From Tubulanus polymorphus (taxonomy: Eukaryota > Animalia > Nemertea), in contig NC_134034.1 of assembly GCF_964204645.1 (NCBI RefSeq), positions 1,922,072-1,986,071 of the forward strand: 64,000 nucleotides of DNA. Reading direction: 5' to 3'. This document shows, piece by piece, positions 21,956 to 36,600 of this stretch; position 1 is the stretch's first letter, and each line of letters starts with the position of its first letter. The notes under the pieces are model-generated. The model was not told where the DNA came from. It did not search any database and saw only the letters and a program-made list of their open reading frames with translations. The position numbers and the translations under genes are program-made.

Positions 21956-23910
21956 TGATCGTCGCCACTTCACACATGTGTTCAGTGCTTCATCTGAGAC
22001 ATTTATAATTGAAAATGAACTACAAACACCAGACACTAGACACTTTCTCAGCGCACTTTCATAAACTGATCGTCCACACTTCACATGTGTTCAGTGCTTC
22101 ACCTGAGACATTTTCAATTGAAAATGAACTACAAACACAAGGCATTAAACATTTTATCAGCACACTTTCAAAAACTGATCGTACGATATTTAATGTCTGG
22201 TGTTTGTAGTTCATTTTCAATTGAAAATGAACTACAAACACCAGATATTAGACATTTTATCAGCACACTTTCAAAAACTGATCGTCCATACTTCACATGT
22301 GTTCAGTGCTTCACCTGAGACATTTCCAATTGAAAATGAACTACAAACTCCAGACATTAGACATTTTATCAGCACACTTTCAAAAACTGATCGTCCATAC
22401 TTCACATGTGTTCAGTGCTTCATCTGAGACATTTCTAATTGAAAATGAACTACAAACACCAGATATTTAGACATTTTATCAGCACACTTTCAAAAACTGA
22501 TCGTCCACACTTCACATGTGTTCAGTGTTTCATCTGAGACATTTCTAATTGAAAATGAACTACAAACACCAGACATTTAGACATTTTATCAGCACACTTT
22601 CAAAAACTGATCGTCCACACTTCACATGTGTTCAGTGCTTCACCTGAGACATTTTTAATTGAAAATGAACTACAAACACCAGATATTAGACATTTTATCA
22701 GCACACTTTCATAAACTGATCGTCCACACTTCACATGTGTTCAGTGCTTCATCGGAGACATTTCTAATTGAAAATGAACTACAAACACCAGATATTAGAC
22801 ATTTTATCAGCACACTTTCAAAAACTGATCGTCCACACTTCACATGTGTTCAGTGCTTCACCTGAGACATTTTTAATTGAAAATGAACTACAAACACCAG
22901 ATATTAGACATTTTATCAGCACACTTTCAAAAACTGATCGTCCACACTTCACATGTGTTCAGTGCTTCATCGGAGACATTTCTAATTGAAAATGAACTAC
23001 AAACATCAGATTTTAGACATTTCATCAGCACAATTTCAAAAACTGATCGTCCACACTTCACATGTGTTCAGTGCTTCATCTGAGACATTTATAATTGAAA
23101 ATGAACTACAAACACCAGATTTTAGACATTTCATCAGCACAATTTCAAAAACTGATCGTCCATACTTCACATGTGTTCAGTGCTTCATCTGAGATATTTA
23201 TAATTGAAAATGAACTACAAACATCAGATTTTAGACATTTCATCAGCACAATTTCAAAAACTGATCGTCCATACTTCACATGTGTTCAGTGCTTCATCTG
23301 AGACATTTCTAATTGAAATGAACTATAAACACCAGATATTAGACATTTTATCAGCACAATTTCAAAAACTGATCGTCCATACTTCACATGTGTTCAGTGC
23401 TTCATCTGAGATATTTATAATTGAAAATGAACTACAAACATCAGATTTTAGACATTTCATCAGCACAATTTCAAAAACTGATCGTCCACACTTCACATGT
23501 GTTCAGTGCTTCATCTGAGATATTTCTAATTGAAAATGAACTACAAACACCAGAGATTAGACATTTTATCAGCACACTTTCATAAACTGATCGTCCACAC
23601 TTCACATGTGTTCAGTGCTTCACCTGAGACATTTCCAATTGAAAATGAACTACAAACACCAGAGATTAGACATTTTATCAGCACACTTTCAAAAACTGAT
23701 CATCCACACTTCACATGTGTTCAGTGCTTCACCTGAGATATTTCTAATTGAAAATGAACTACAAACACCAGATATTAGACATTTTATCAGCACACTTTCA
23801 AAAGCTGATCGTCCATACTTCACATGTGTTCAGTGCTTCATCTGAGACATCTTCAATTGAACTACAAACATCAGACATTACACATTTTATCAGCGCACTT
23901 TCCACACTTC
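21956..23910. repeat. 109-bp satellite, about 18 copies, downstream of the ODR4 stop
   Basis: Unit TTGAAAATGAACTACAAACACCAGA...CACATGTGTTCAGTGCTTCA; local inversion at 22191-22250. Confidence 0.97.
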
Positions 23911-24999
23911 ACACAGCTGCAATAGTAAATGTCTGCTGAAGGTTTGGCTCCAGGTAACAGATTGATAGCTCTTCCTGTTCTAATGTCTCAATGTTATTGT
24001 ATTAATATTTAAAGGTCTGTATTATTTTGTGTTCTAAAGTAAATATCGGGGGAAATGATTATAAAGTTTGTTAAAATATGAAGAATTCTATTGATATTTA
24101 ATTCTTTTACGAATAAAAATAAAGATAATCGTAATCAAAAATGAAAAAAAAAACTTCAGCGTTGCTTTTGCTCCATACTTGCCATGAGCCGCGATCACAC
24201 GGAGACGATTTGGCCCGGGCCAAATTGGCACGGATCGGGCCAAATTTGGCCCGTGCCTAATTAGAGAGCGCGTTCACACGCAAACCATTCACTCGATACT
24301 CAACAATGCTGAAACAAAGCGGAGTGGATCATTTCCGGTGCCAGTTGCAATTCAAACGCAATCAATTTGTCTGGTGCTAAAATTAGGCTTAGACCGCGTC
24401 CGACGTTTTTGGTCTGGCCAAATTTTGCCCGGGCCAAAAATGCTCGTGTGAAATTCCCTGAGTAAATCCAAAGAATTTTTCGGTTCAAAATGTGACGATT
24501 CATTCATTTTTTATGAAGCGCATATTGATAAAGAAACGTGGTCAATAACATTATCAAAATTCAAGGGTTTTGCAATGTTTGTCAAGTTTTCCCCGATTGT
24601 TTCTAGATTTTTCTGAATCCCAGAGTTTTCCCTGATCCTGTCTTAAAAGGTTTTGAGCGTCGGAGAATCTTGCGAATTAGAAAGCAGAATGTGTGAACCC
24701 TCCTAAATATCACCAACACAAAAGGTACCGGTAACGGCTTAATTTTTGAAGACTCAAGAAACATTTATTTGTATTCTAGTTTTAGAACGCATTTCTCCGG
24801 AGAAATACAATACACAAATTCGACCATGACAAGTCCTTTAAGCTGCAGGACCATTATTAAAATACATTCACACAAATAAGGCAAACGCAAGATTACAATT
24901 AACAGTTCAAATCATAAAAAAATTTCTTTCAAACTTCAGTAGATTGTGTTTTCAAGTCAGATCTAATTGAGTCAGAGTTCACCCTCTAACTGTTGATTA

Positions 25000-25550
25000 G
25001 AGTCTACTACATCATCTAACTCAGATATCACTCTCAAGTCTTAAGATCCGACTTGAGCAGAGTCTACTGTACCATCCAACTCAGATATCACTCTCAAATC
25101 AAAAGATCTGACTTGAGCGGAGTCTACTGTACCATCCAACTCAGATATCACTCTCAAATCAAAAGATCCCACTTGAGCGGAGTCTACTGTACCATCCAAC
25201 TCAGATATCACTCTCAAGTCTTAAGATCCGACTTGAGCGGAGACTACCTTACCATCCAACTCAGATATCACTCTCAAGTCAAAAGATCAGACTCTTGAGC
25301 GGAGTGTACTGTATCATCCAACTCAGATATCACTCTCAAGTCAAAAGATCAGACTTTAGCGGAGTCTACTGTACCATCCAACTCAGATATCACTCTCAAG
25401 TCAAAAGATCAGACTTGAGCGGAGTCTACTGTATCATCCAACTCAGATATCACTCTCAAGTCAAAAGATCAGACTTGAGCGGAGTCTACTGTACCATCCA
25501 ACTCAGATATCACTCTCAAGTCAAAAGATCCGACTTGAGCGGAGTCTACT
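25000..25550. repeat. 60-bp minisatellite, about 9 copies
   Basis: CCATCCAACTCAGATATCACTCTCAAGTC... tandem. Confidence 0.95.
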
Positions 25551-26065
25551 CTAAAAAACTTCCAGTTTCACAGTTGTGCATTTAAAATTGAGAAGCCTAG
25601 TTGAACCGAGGGCACAACTGGGCAACTGGGGTAATCATTAGAAATTAGTACGTATGATAACATGAGGTAAAAGATTAAATCATTGAAATAGAAATTTGCA
25701 TATAGTGACATCTCCCTGACATTATAACACAGTAGTAACATATCAGCTACAGTTCGACGACAATCTGTTGCTTTGGACCTCGTAGAATTATTTGGCCGAT
25801 ACTTTCTTTACTGAGAATAGAACGAATAAAGCATAGAGTTATAGAATAGCACATTTTGTGGTTTACAAATCGGAAAATCATTTAATTTTTTCGTATATAT
25901 ATAGTTTTTTTTTTCTCAAACCAACCGACAATTTTCAACGTAAATCATGACTTGCAAGCTATGAAGATCTCGCAGCTATGAGCTATGCCACATTGGTTGA
26001 CAAACACAGTAAGTGATTTACACGACAGAGCCTCGAAGTTTGTGAATCCCCTGATTACCTTATGT

Positions 26066-26303
26066 TGTTAGGCTAAAACTAAATGAAAACTTGTTTCTCC
26101 TAATCGGCCGGGTCCCTTTTAAGTAAAAATAGCAATAAAATCTGTAATCAATACATTTCTATATAGCTGCCGGGTCTGTTATGGTTAGCTAGATCATCAG
26201 TTTTAAAAAAAGTAATGCACGGGGTCGATTGGCGGTCGGCCGGGTCAATTTTTAAACTCGGCAGCAGAAATGAGAGAAACAAGGTATCAATGTTTTTAGC
26301 CTA
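26066..26303. mobile_element. MITE-like element with TAGGCTAAAA terminal inverted repeats
   Basis: ttaggctaaaa...ttttagcctaa; related copies near 32482-32700 and 18463-18635. Confidence 0.55.
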
Positions 26304-27698
26304 ATGTACGTCATATGTGGCAAATCTACAGAACCGGGTTTAGCAAACTAACCATAACATTACTGCAACACCACATTTCTCAAAAGAACAATTTTTCACT
26401 GATCTCACATACTGAATGAGAACTGGTCCCGCGCAATGACGCAAGACATATTTCTAGAGATTTTATACCAGTTGACAAAAGCCCTATTTTTTTGCTAATG
26501 TGGGAATAATAGTGATAATTGACACACGATTGTGGTAGTCGCTTTGAGCAGAACGAAACAATTTCAGACAGTGGAGATCTTATATGTTTTCATTATGAAG
26601 AACATTTCGACTTAAATCCTATTTGAGGTTGAAGTTTGTGGCATAGTTGAAACCGAGAGGATCGAAAGTGGCTCGGAAAATAATACTAACTTAGTTCAAT
26701 CCTCGAAAAACGCAAAAATAGCAGACACTCGAAAATATCCGTCCGTCTGCTATCCACGAACGTCGAGGGTCGACCGTACTTTGCATAAAGGAAATCTCGT
26801 TATTTTAGAAAAAAATTTGCGAAGATTTAATGCATTTTTAGTGTTCAAACTCAGATACATATACCAGTTAAAACAATAACATATATACTGACCCTTCGAG
26901 AAAAGATGGCTGAATCCCCCTATGACATCTTCAAATTTTCAGCCATTTCATAGAGTCTGCTATGAATGGCTGAAAAATATGATGACGTCATAGGGGGATT
27001 TATAGAAGTAGACATCTTTTCTGAAAGGATCTAACAAGACAACGCCTACTTATTTATTTACATAAATGACCCTTAAAAACCTAAACAATAACCCAGGCAG
27101 ACATGTTTTATTGGCACATTTTCCTATGGGATTAAATAACAATGGACTATTGATACAATAGCCTGCACCCAGTTACACAGTCAAGACTTCTTAAGTCAAA
27201 AGGAGGTCTTAAGACTGGTCTTATGATTTGTTAGATAGGGTATAGAGCTAAAATGAGCTTAGACTGGTCTTAAGTCATTAGATTGGTTATGGAACCAAAA
27301 ATTTGATTGGCTATAGAACCAAATTGAGGTTAGACTGGCCTTACGTTATTAGATTGGCTGTAGAACCAAAATAGCTTAGACTGGTTTTAAGTTGTTAGAT
27401 TGGCTATAGAACCAAAATAGCTTAGACTGGTCTTAAATCAAAGCCGTGACTGTGTAACTGTGGTGGTAGAGCTTGAATTGATTTTAAAATTCTATGAAGC
27501 GAAAATTTTTTTTCTTTTTAGAATTACCGGGGGTATTCAGATATACCGTACATTCGAAACCATAAAACCCCGATTTCGACTCTAACACAAGTTACGTTTT
27601 ACCGAAATAATAATCGCGCGATTTGTTCAGGTTTCGAAGGGCGAATAATAACAAACAACGCATAAAATATACAGACATTCGGCTAAATTGGACCTTCG

Positions 27699-30600
27699 TC
27701 AAGAGACGTACGCGATTACTCGTGGTTTCTGTTTCCTGATCGACGACGGGCCGTAGATCGTTTCGGCTCGTTTGAGAAACGCGTTCACCATCGTACGCAC
27801 GACCTCGTCGAAAAATATATGAGCTACGTTCGAGTGAAGAGCTGAACGAAACTCAAACGCCACCTACAACAAGAGAATATTCGTTGATGTCATCAGGGGA
27901 TTTATAGAGGCGGACATCTTTTCTGGAAGTGTCCATTGATCGAATCGCCAGTGGGTAATTTGATGATGTCATAGGGGGATTTATGGAGGTGGCCATCTTT
28001 TCTGGAAGTGTCCGTTGATTGAATCGCCAGTGGGTAATTTGATGATGTCAAAGGGGGGTTTATGGAGGCGGACATCTTTTCTGGAATTGTGTATAGATTA
28101 AATCATTAGTAGACAATATGATGATGTCATAGGGGGATTTATGGAGGCAGACATCTTTCCGAGAAGTATCCATTGATCAAATCACCAGTAGACAATTTGA
28201 TGATGTCATAGGGGGATTTATAGAGGCAGACATCTTTCTAGAAGTGTCTATAGGTCAAACCACTACATGACGAGGAAGAATTGATGATGTCATAGGGGTT
28301 ATTTGACGGTAGCCAACTTTTCTAGAAGGGTCAATAGATCGAATCACTAGTAGGCAATTCGATGATGTCATAGGGGGATGTACCGGGCAGTACTTACTGA
28401 GAAATCTAATGTACATGTTTGAGGTATATGCGCGAGTCCGGGACTGAATTTCCAAGTCGTCGCCAACAAGTCGAACATCCGACCGTCTTTACAAATAGAC
28501 TAAAAACAAAAACGAATTTGGAAACAGATGTCAAAAAATTTAGATAAAATCATTTACATAGAAATTAGTTTAAAATTTTGTGATCTAATAGTTAGATAAT
28601 GTCATCGTTTGGTATATTTCCGGACCTTTTCCACATAAATTGATGATGTCATCGGGGGCATTTACCTTCACTAGATTAGGTCGTTCGGTCGTGACGTTGG
28701 CGATGTAGTTCTCCGATAGCGGCGGGAATCCGATGGTCATGTGAGCCTTGCAGCGCCCCCTGGTGTGATCGGTGGTGTACGCCTGTTTACACCACGGTAC
28801 GAACTCGGTGTAGCTGTCGACGTCTGCCGCTACTCGGTACATCTGTTCCATAGTGTATCTACCGTATAGGAACAAAAGAACAGAAATAATTTATTATTTT
28901 TTCCAAATTTTCCACATTCTTATCTAAGAAATATATGGAAAAATCTATTTGGAGAAACCAGGGCGCAGTTTTATAGACTGGTATTAACTTTAACCCAGGG
29001 GCTCAATCAATTGAAAATGCATCGAGTTAACCCTAGGTTGAAGTTGATGCCAGTCTATAAACCCGGGCGCAGGGTCTCGTAGACTGAGTATCAAAGTTAT
29101 CCCTAGAGGTAAATCCTTAACCTGGACCCGGTTTTATAGACTGAGTATCAAAGTTATCTCTAGGGATAAGCCCTTAAACCTGGCCCGGTTTTATAGACCG
29201 AGTATCAAAGTTATCCCTTTGGGTAAATCCCTAACCTGAGCCAGGTTTAATAGACTGGGTATCAAATTTACTCCTAGCAGTAAATCCTGAATTTTCCCTG
29301 AATTCCAGGTAAATGGCCACCATGTTAAACTTAGATGTGTCATTTTTTACCGCGAAAATTTGACAATTATCTATCATTTACACCTTCTAGGCTACCATAC
29401 ATATACACAGTACTCATTATCACACTTTACACCTTATAGGCTACCATACATACACACAGTACTCATTATCACACTTTACACCTTATAGGCTACCATACAT
29501 ACACACAGTACTCATTATCACTCTTTACAGTTAGCAATAACTTTAATCCATCCATTTCGAGACCGATGTTCGTTTGTTAAACCGTCTCTTAGTGATTGGT
29601 CGGCTGGGTATCCGCCTAAAACTCAGGACATCATTGAATAAACAGTTCTTTAGAAAAGAAAACCTATATTTTCAACTCTATAAAACGTATAAAGTAAATT
29701 TGAGCAAAAACTTGAAAAAAAATTACTTTAAAAAACAAGTCTTGAAATTAACCCTTTCAGTGCTTCTACACCACGGTGCAGAGTATCAATTTGTATAAAT
29801 CAGTGATGGACTTTGCTAGTACACGGCACTGCGGTGAATTGATGTAATTGGTAATCAGTTTTTGTCTCTAATGTAAGATGGCAGCACCTGTCAAACATAG
29901 TGAAATATTAGTAACTAACTATACACTGCACTGCGGTGTTGGCAGCCAATCGTATGCAGCAATGGGGTGGAATTCTTCAAAATTTTCAATTTATCTCTGG
30001 CACTTTCGGTTAAAAATTATTCAATGACAAAACGGTTAAAAAAGTTTTTGTTGGCTCGTCTGAAACGCAGCAACCGTTGTCAAGGTCGCTGTTTTCATTC
30101 ATTTCGTCGTTGTTTTTGGAGAGATCTTCGATTGGCTCGCAGGGCATGACATCATGCTCCCTCTCCAGGGTCCATACAGGTCTGGAGAAATTTCAAAATT
30201 CGAGGAAGCGTCTGCTTCACTTTTATATCCGATTACAGTAGACTCCTCCTAAATTGGTATTGTTTATCTCAGATGCCCTAATTCAATGGTTTTGTAAGCA
30301 AATTCTTATCCTTTCATTACCTAAACTTGGTTTCTAATTAGGGAACAAATATCCTGGTCCCAACACAACCAATTTAGGGGGAAGTCTACCGTACAGTTGT
30401 ACAGGTCTCTCTTTCCCTTTCTTCTTGAGACTTAGGATGGTTAGCCAAGTGCGAACGATCGCCGATCTTCTGCGGCACGAGACCGATCAAAACAACTAAG
30501 GCCAAAAGCGCGACGCCGCCGGGAACGAACGCCATTACGTTACGATGATACAGTGGACTAGCGACGCAACACGGATGAAATCGCTGTATCAAAATAACCG

Positions 30601-33600
30601 CGACGCCGTTCGAAAGTTTATCGGTGAAACTCATCGCCCCGTAGACGAACGCGCTCGTTTCGGTGTCGTCGGCGATGAGATCGGCGGTCAACGACAGCGA
30701 CGTGATGAGTATCGTCGAACAGCCGCTTCCCAGCAGCACGGCTGCGCCGAATATCTGCCGCTCGAGGTCGTACAACGATATGAAGTAAAACCAAACGCAA
30801 GCGCCGCAAATCAACTGCAAACCGATGTAATACGTAACCTGCCGAATAGAAGAACAGAGTCGACATTTTTATCGTCAAAACAGTCCAAACACAGCTTGGA
30901 AGCTACAAAAGTTATGATGGATTTTGCTAGTACACCGCACTGCGGTGTATTGATGTTATTAGTAATTAGTTGATATCTCTGATGGCAGTTGACTGAGCAC
31001 GGTCCGATCTACGGAATATCTGAAAGCATATCTGAAATTTCGCTTGCCCCCTCCAAAAGCTACTGACCCTACCAGGCAGTCCGACTGGTGGCACTATCAT
31101 CTGTTGTATCGAGTGGGAAATAAGCTTTGTGACATAAAATTGCACTAGCCCGGCGGACAAGTGATAATGATAACCTACTTGCCCTGATGAGAATATACTT
31201 GTCCCAGGCAATCGGACAAGTGATTAGATCGTGGAGTGTCGTGGCCTAAAGGTTAAGGCGTTGGCTTCTCAATCGAGATGTCCAGTGTTCGAACCCCGGC
31301 TATGCTGTAGTGTCCTTAGGCAAGGCATTAATTCACACTTGCTACCGGCTGACGACGCCTGATCGTGATTTGCTGATCGGTGTTGTATCTCCCCAGGGAG
31401 AGTAAGACTGCTATGGAATGGTAACAGAAGCTGGGTAATAATAATCAGGTTTGACAGCGCAGCTGAACTTTGTACACAGGTACATGGAAAGAGGCGCTAT
31501 ACAAATTCGTGTTTATTATTATAATTATTAGATCGCACCCTGCTGAGTGCTTTTAAACGCCATCTGGTGGAATATCTGGTATTGCAGCTCCCCCCCCGAT
31601 GTTTCAACGGGTATTGATACCTCCATTAATGTGTCACGTACCTTTCTTCCGCAGATTCGATTGACGAGTTTCATGAATATCGACGTCACGAATCCGCTGA
31701 CGAAAACGACGAGCGGTACGATCGCCATGTACGCTTTATCCAAATCCAACGCGTACAGCAAATACGTCGGTAGGTATACCTGCGAAACGTTGACGACCAG
31801 TCGCGTGCACATGTACAACATCGCCACCAGATAGAACTGTTTCAGTTTCAACCAACTCGTCCATGTCATCCGCGTCGTCGTCGGCGCCGTCTGCTCTTTC
31901 TCGTCTTCGGATCGCGCGATCATCGATTTCAACTCGACGTTTTTGTTGTCGGCGGCGACGAGACGACGCGGTTCGCGCGTGCCGAAGTGAAATACGCCGC
32001 TGAATACGAGTCCCGCGCCGACGACGACGAACGCCAGGTTTCTGAACGTCGGCGCGTCTGCCCGACTCAGAACGCGTTTCATTTCCCCGGTGGCGTCGGT
32101 TTCCAACAGTAGCCAAGTGAGCGCGTATACGGCTATGTTACTGATTACTGTAAACGCGTATCTGAAATGAATGAAACTTCGTAATTCCAAGCGAGAGTAA
32201 TAATAATAATAATAATAATAATTATATTTATTTACAATTCATTCCATAAAATATCTCAACAGACTTTACAAATTCACAAAAACATAAGACAATTGAGAGA
32301 TATATAAAATATTACCCAATTAAATAGATATTTAATTTCAAATGGTTGCTTCAAGTAAAATCATTTGTAGTTCTGATTAAATAGGTGCAAAGCATTCCAA
32401 AGGCGGGGGGGGGCTACCACTGCAAAATATCGAGAGCCATAAAGGGTCGATGCACACGTGTTATATACATGTGCAAGCAGCTTAGGCTAAACAAAATGTT
32501 TTACCTTGTTTCTCCGCAGCGGTCGGGTAATTTTTGTAAAATATTTATCAAATTTGTAATCAGTTCATTTCTACAGCTGCTGGATGGTAAAAATTGATCA
32601 CGATTTTTTAAAAGTAATTTACAGGGTAGATAGGCGGCCGGCCAGGTGAACTTTTAAGCTCAGCACAGCGGAGAAACTAGGTATCAATTCTTTTTTAGTG
32701 TAAAATCTGCATTCCTTTCAGGGTTTCAGTTGCTCGTGCCGAAACCCCAGTTTTATATTACTACACGATGTATGTACCGGTATTCTTACGATTTGTTTCA
32801 TGATATGATTTTTTTCCACCACAAAATTGTCTATGATTAACTAAATATATAAAATAGCTGATAAACAATATGTGGAGGGACACCACGCAAGCTTTAAAGC
32901 TGTACACAGCTGCAAGCGCTGATGCGAGGAACCTCTGAGATTCTTCATCATATAAGCAGGGGAGATCACACACCACATTTATGATATTCATACGTTCTAA
33001 AACGCTTCTACTTATTTTGTGGCCAGTGTATCGAAAAGTTTCAAGTTCTGGGCTAAAAAATTTCTTTAAAAAAAACAAAACACCCGGGGTCCGGTTTTAT
33101 AGACTGGTATTAACTTTAACCCACGGGCTAACTCGATTCAAAATGCCAGGGCCCCGTTTTATAGATCGGTATCATCTTTAACCCGGGGGTCAACTCAGAT
33201 GAAAATGAATTCAGTTAGCCCCTGGGTTGAAGTTAATTCATGTCTATAAAACCGGCGCCTGGAGTTAACCCCCTGGACCCAGTTTCACAGTTGTGAGTTA
33301 GAGTTAAAATTAGTTCATTCTCAATGAGTTAACTCAGAGTCAAATCTTAACTCACGACCGTGGAACTGGACCCTGGTTAAATTTGATACCGGTCTATAAA
33401 ACCGGGCCCCGGGGGTTCTCCGCTAATTCGTCAGACGATCTAATACGCACCTGATCGCGTTCAATTCGACGCGTTCGTCTTCACGCGGAGTCAGGACGGG
33501 AATCAGCGACAGATGCGATATTTGAGTCGTCGCCCAACCGAACTGGAATACGACGACGAACGGAGCGTAATAAATAAACCGCGACCAATCGGGCGCGTCG

Positions 33601-36600
33601 TCGCACGTTATACACCCGTTGAAGATGAACGGGAAACTCGCGGCGACCGACATCGTACCGACGAGATGCCACGTTTTACGTTTCGGATATCCGCACAGTC
33701 CGTTACGCGTGCGGTCGGACTCGTAGCCGACGAGCGGCGTGGAAACGGCGTCGGCGATCTGTCCGAGCAGCATGATATATCCGGCCATGTCGCTGGAGAA
33801 CCGCACGACGTTGTGATAGTAAACGAGTAGATAACTGAACCACATCGACGCGCACAGATCGTTCATCACGTGTCCGACGCCGAACGATAGTTTACGCACG
33901 AACGGCAGTTTCTCGACGGTCTCGTCGGCCATCTTGATTCCTCACGACGTCGATCGCGTCCCGGGTGAAATAATCGCGATGATGTGCACTTGAAAAAGAG
34001 ATCAGTTGCAAATAGAAATATAGTTTTTTTGACTTGTCGAGCTGTTTATTTCATGGCATCTCGAGTATAAGAATGTCTAATATATAAGAGGATAAATATT
34101 AGGATATATATTGAGATTTACCCATAACTAATAAATACACGAGAAAGTGCTAGAGATAATTTGAAAATCTTTTTAGATTACACTGCAGTGCAGTGGGTTG
34201 GATTTCTATTAGGCCTATTTGATCCGCACTCAGTATCACTTACAGATGCTGTGACAAAAATATTTCAAAAATAAACCTGTAAATAACAAAAAGTAGCACT
34301 TTTCAGCACTTATTGATATTTTTGTTAAACTTAAGCACGAATAAGGACCTTAACAAATTTTTTCTTAATGGTAGCACTAGGGTAAGTTGCGCATAGTGCA
34401 ACTTGCTGCGAACCATGTTTAACTATGATATAATATAATAACCTCAATCACGAGTCTAGTATCTAGCCGTTGTTACCCAAACAAGGGAACCGTAACAAAG
34501 ACTCGTATTCAGACTACTCAATCTCCTAATGATAGGACAGAGAAATATGAATAACACTGACCATAGCAATAAATATCTGATCCAAACATAGACTAGGTCG
34601 GATTAATTTTCATCTAGATATTTACCACGACGATGAATAATAGCTTTTCAAATAGTAGACAGAAGGAAGGTTTTAACACCGGACTGAGATCTTTAACTAT
34701 AAGGCCTTCACACGCGCAAAAACGACTAAGTTGAACTTACCTTAAAAAAGATCAGTGGAAAATACAGAATATAGTTTCTTATTTCACTGAAGAACTGTTC
34801 ATTCGATGACGTCCGAGAACGAGCGTGAATTGCCGGACACCGAGCCGCACAATTACCGAGGTACGTATTAACAAACGAACGAAATTCAATGATCGGTCAA
34901 ATACAAGTCCAACTCTGAATGATCAAACTTGTTATAATGGATTAAAGATATTGCTAATAGTAAAAGCGCCACTAGCTGAAACAATAATGAGTGTTCAACA
35001 GACCGTACAATAGACAAGGTGACCAAATTTGGTGGCCGACAATTTAAGGAATAAAGGGGATTAATGCAAAATCATGATATATCATGTGCAATGCAATAAA
35101 TCTTTAAGATTAATGAACTTTTAATTAGTAATACTTTTTAATATCGCAAGCTGTATTGCATTAAGTCAGTTTTTCTCGAAATCAATTCATTCAAGTATGT
35201 TTTTCTCCCCACATCCCCTGCCCTCGCCCCCTCCCCCCCTTAGTGCAGTTACTGGCAATGAAAAAGGTAGTCACATGACATAATAAACAATAAACGTAAA
35301 GTAAACATCTTTGAACCTGTTCTACCGATAAAAACTAAAGGTTTCACGAGTACTAAAGAAAAGAATGCTTGGCATCGCGCCAGGGTTTCTATACGCCGCT
35401 TACTGATCAGTTGTTGTGGATATAAACCAACTATCGACTAATGACTGAACGCTTGAAATAAGCATAGAACTCAAGAGTTCTATCAAGTAAGGACCCCAAT
35501 ACGGATTTACCTGATTAAATACCGAGGCCCAGATAGCCCAATAAACCAGTAAACCCAGTTATGTATCGCAGGCCTAGTTAACAAACCAATTAGCCCAATG
35601 GTTAAGCCCAGTTAGCCTACCAAGGACCAAGCTAGCCAAGTAACATATTTACCATCACTTCAACACACGAAAGCTAGGCCTATACCCAACAGTTTAGGGG
35701 GCTGCATTAATTATGGATGCCAAATGCTATTAATTTTAAACATTGAAAATAAATTTCATCTTGGTGTTCTTTGTAAGCAATCACAGAACATTGATATCCA
35801 CTGATATGTACAGGGGCAGCAGAATTTTGAGTAGGAATCTCTGATTTTTACGAGGGGTGAATATAAAATAGATAGGGTGGCTGCCCTTCAAGAACCTCTG
35901 CAATGAACACTGAAGTGAATTGTTTTTTTACCCGAGCAATCGCCTCTCCGAATATTCCTTGCGTTTGTTTCCTTTGAACGGGTTTAAACTGGTTGGAAGA
36001 TGTAGTTCAGCTCGTTGCTCCCGCAGCAGACGGTTCCTTCCCCCTCCTACCGCTGCTGTTCCTACCAAACTGACGTCGTTCAACGACGCCGTTCTGTTCA
36101 GCTGATTCGATACACAAGTCAAACATCTGAAATTAGTGAAAATCCATGAAACTAACTTAACCCTTTCAGTGCGTCTACACCACAGTGCGGTGTATAAATC
36201 AGTGAGAGGTTTTGCTAGTACACCGCACTGCTGTTTATTGATGTAATTAGTAATTATCTCTATTGAAAAATGGGAGCACCTCTCTAACATAGTGAAATAT
36301 TAGTAACTAACGATACACTGCACCGCGGTGTAGACGCACTATAGTGCCATTCCCGTTATTCAACACACTAGGGTGGAATTTTTAGAAAATTTCAAATTAT
36401 CTCCAGCACCATAGGGTATTAATTAGTCAGCATTGAAAGGGTTAAAAATTGATTTATTATAATCAAAAAAATTTGTCAAATATGAAATGCGAGATTTATG
36501 AAATATATTCAATTACGAAATAAACATCGAATTTTCGCAACTGTGAATTATCATTTTGATTTGAAACGTCAATATAGATGATGTAGTGCACATCAACTCA

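Noticed and set aside
21890-23939. Many repeated MKMNYKHQ ORFs, or a CRISPR-like array
   Set aside because: Pure 109-bp tandem satellite without unique spacers; eukaryotic context and no cas genes.
31233-31305. tRNA gene
   Set aside because: A and B boxes are present but I see no convincing cloverleaf or T-run terminator; it continues into a SINE body and tail.
30545-33830. Antisense and alternative-frame ORFs over MFSD12 exons
   Set aside because: Expected shadow ORFs of GC-rich exons; no independent signals.
33933-35932. In-frame COQ10-MFSD12 fusion giving a mitochondrially targeted transporter
   Set aside because: COQ10 exon 2 (phase 2) joined to the 33988 acceptor leaves the MFSD12 ATG out of frame (2+56 nt).
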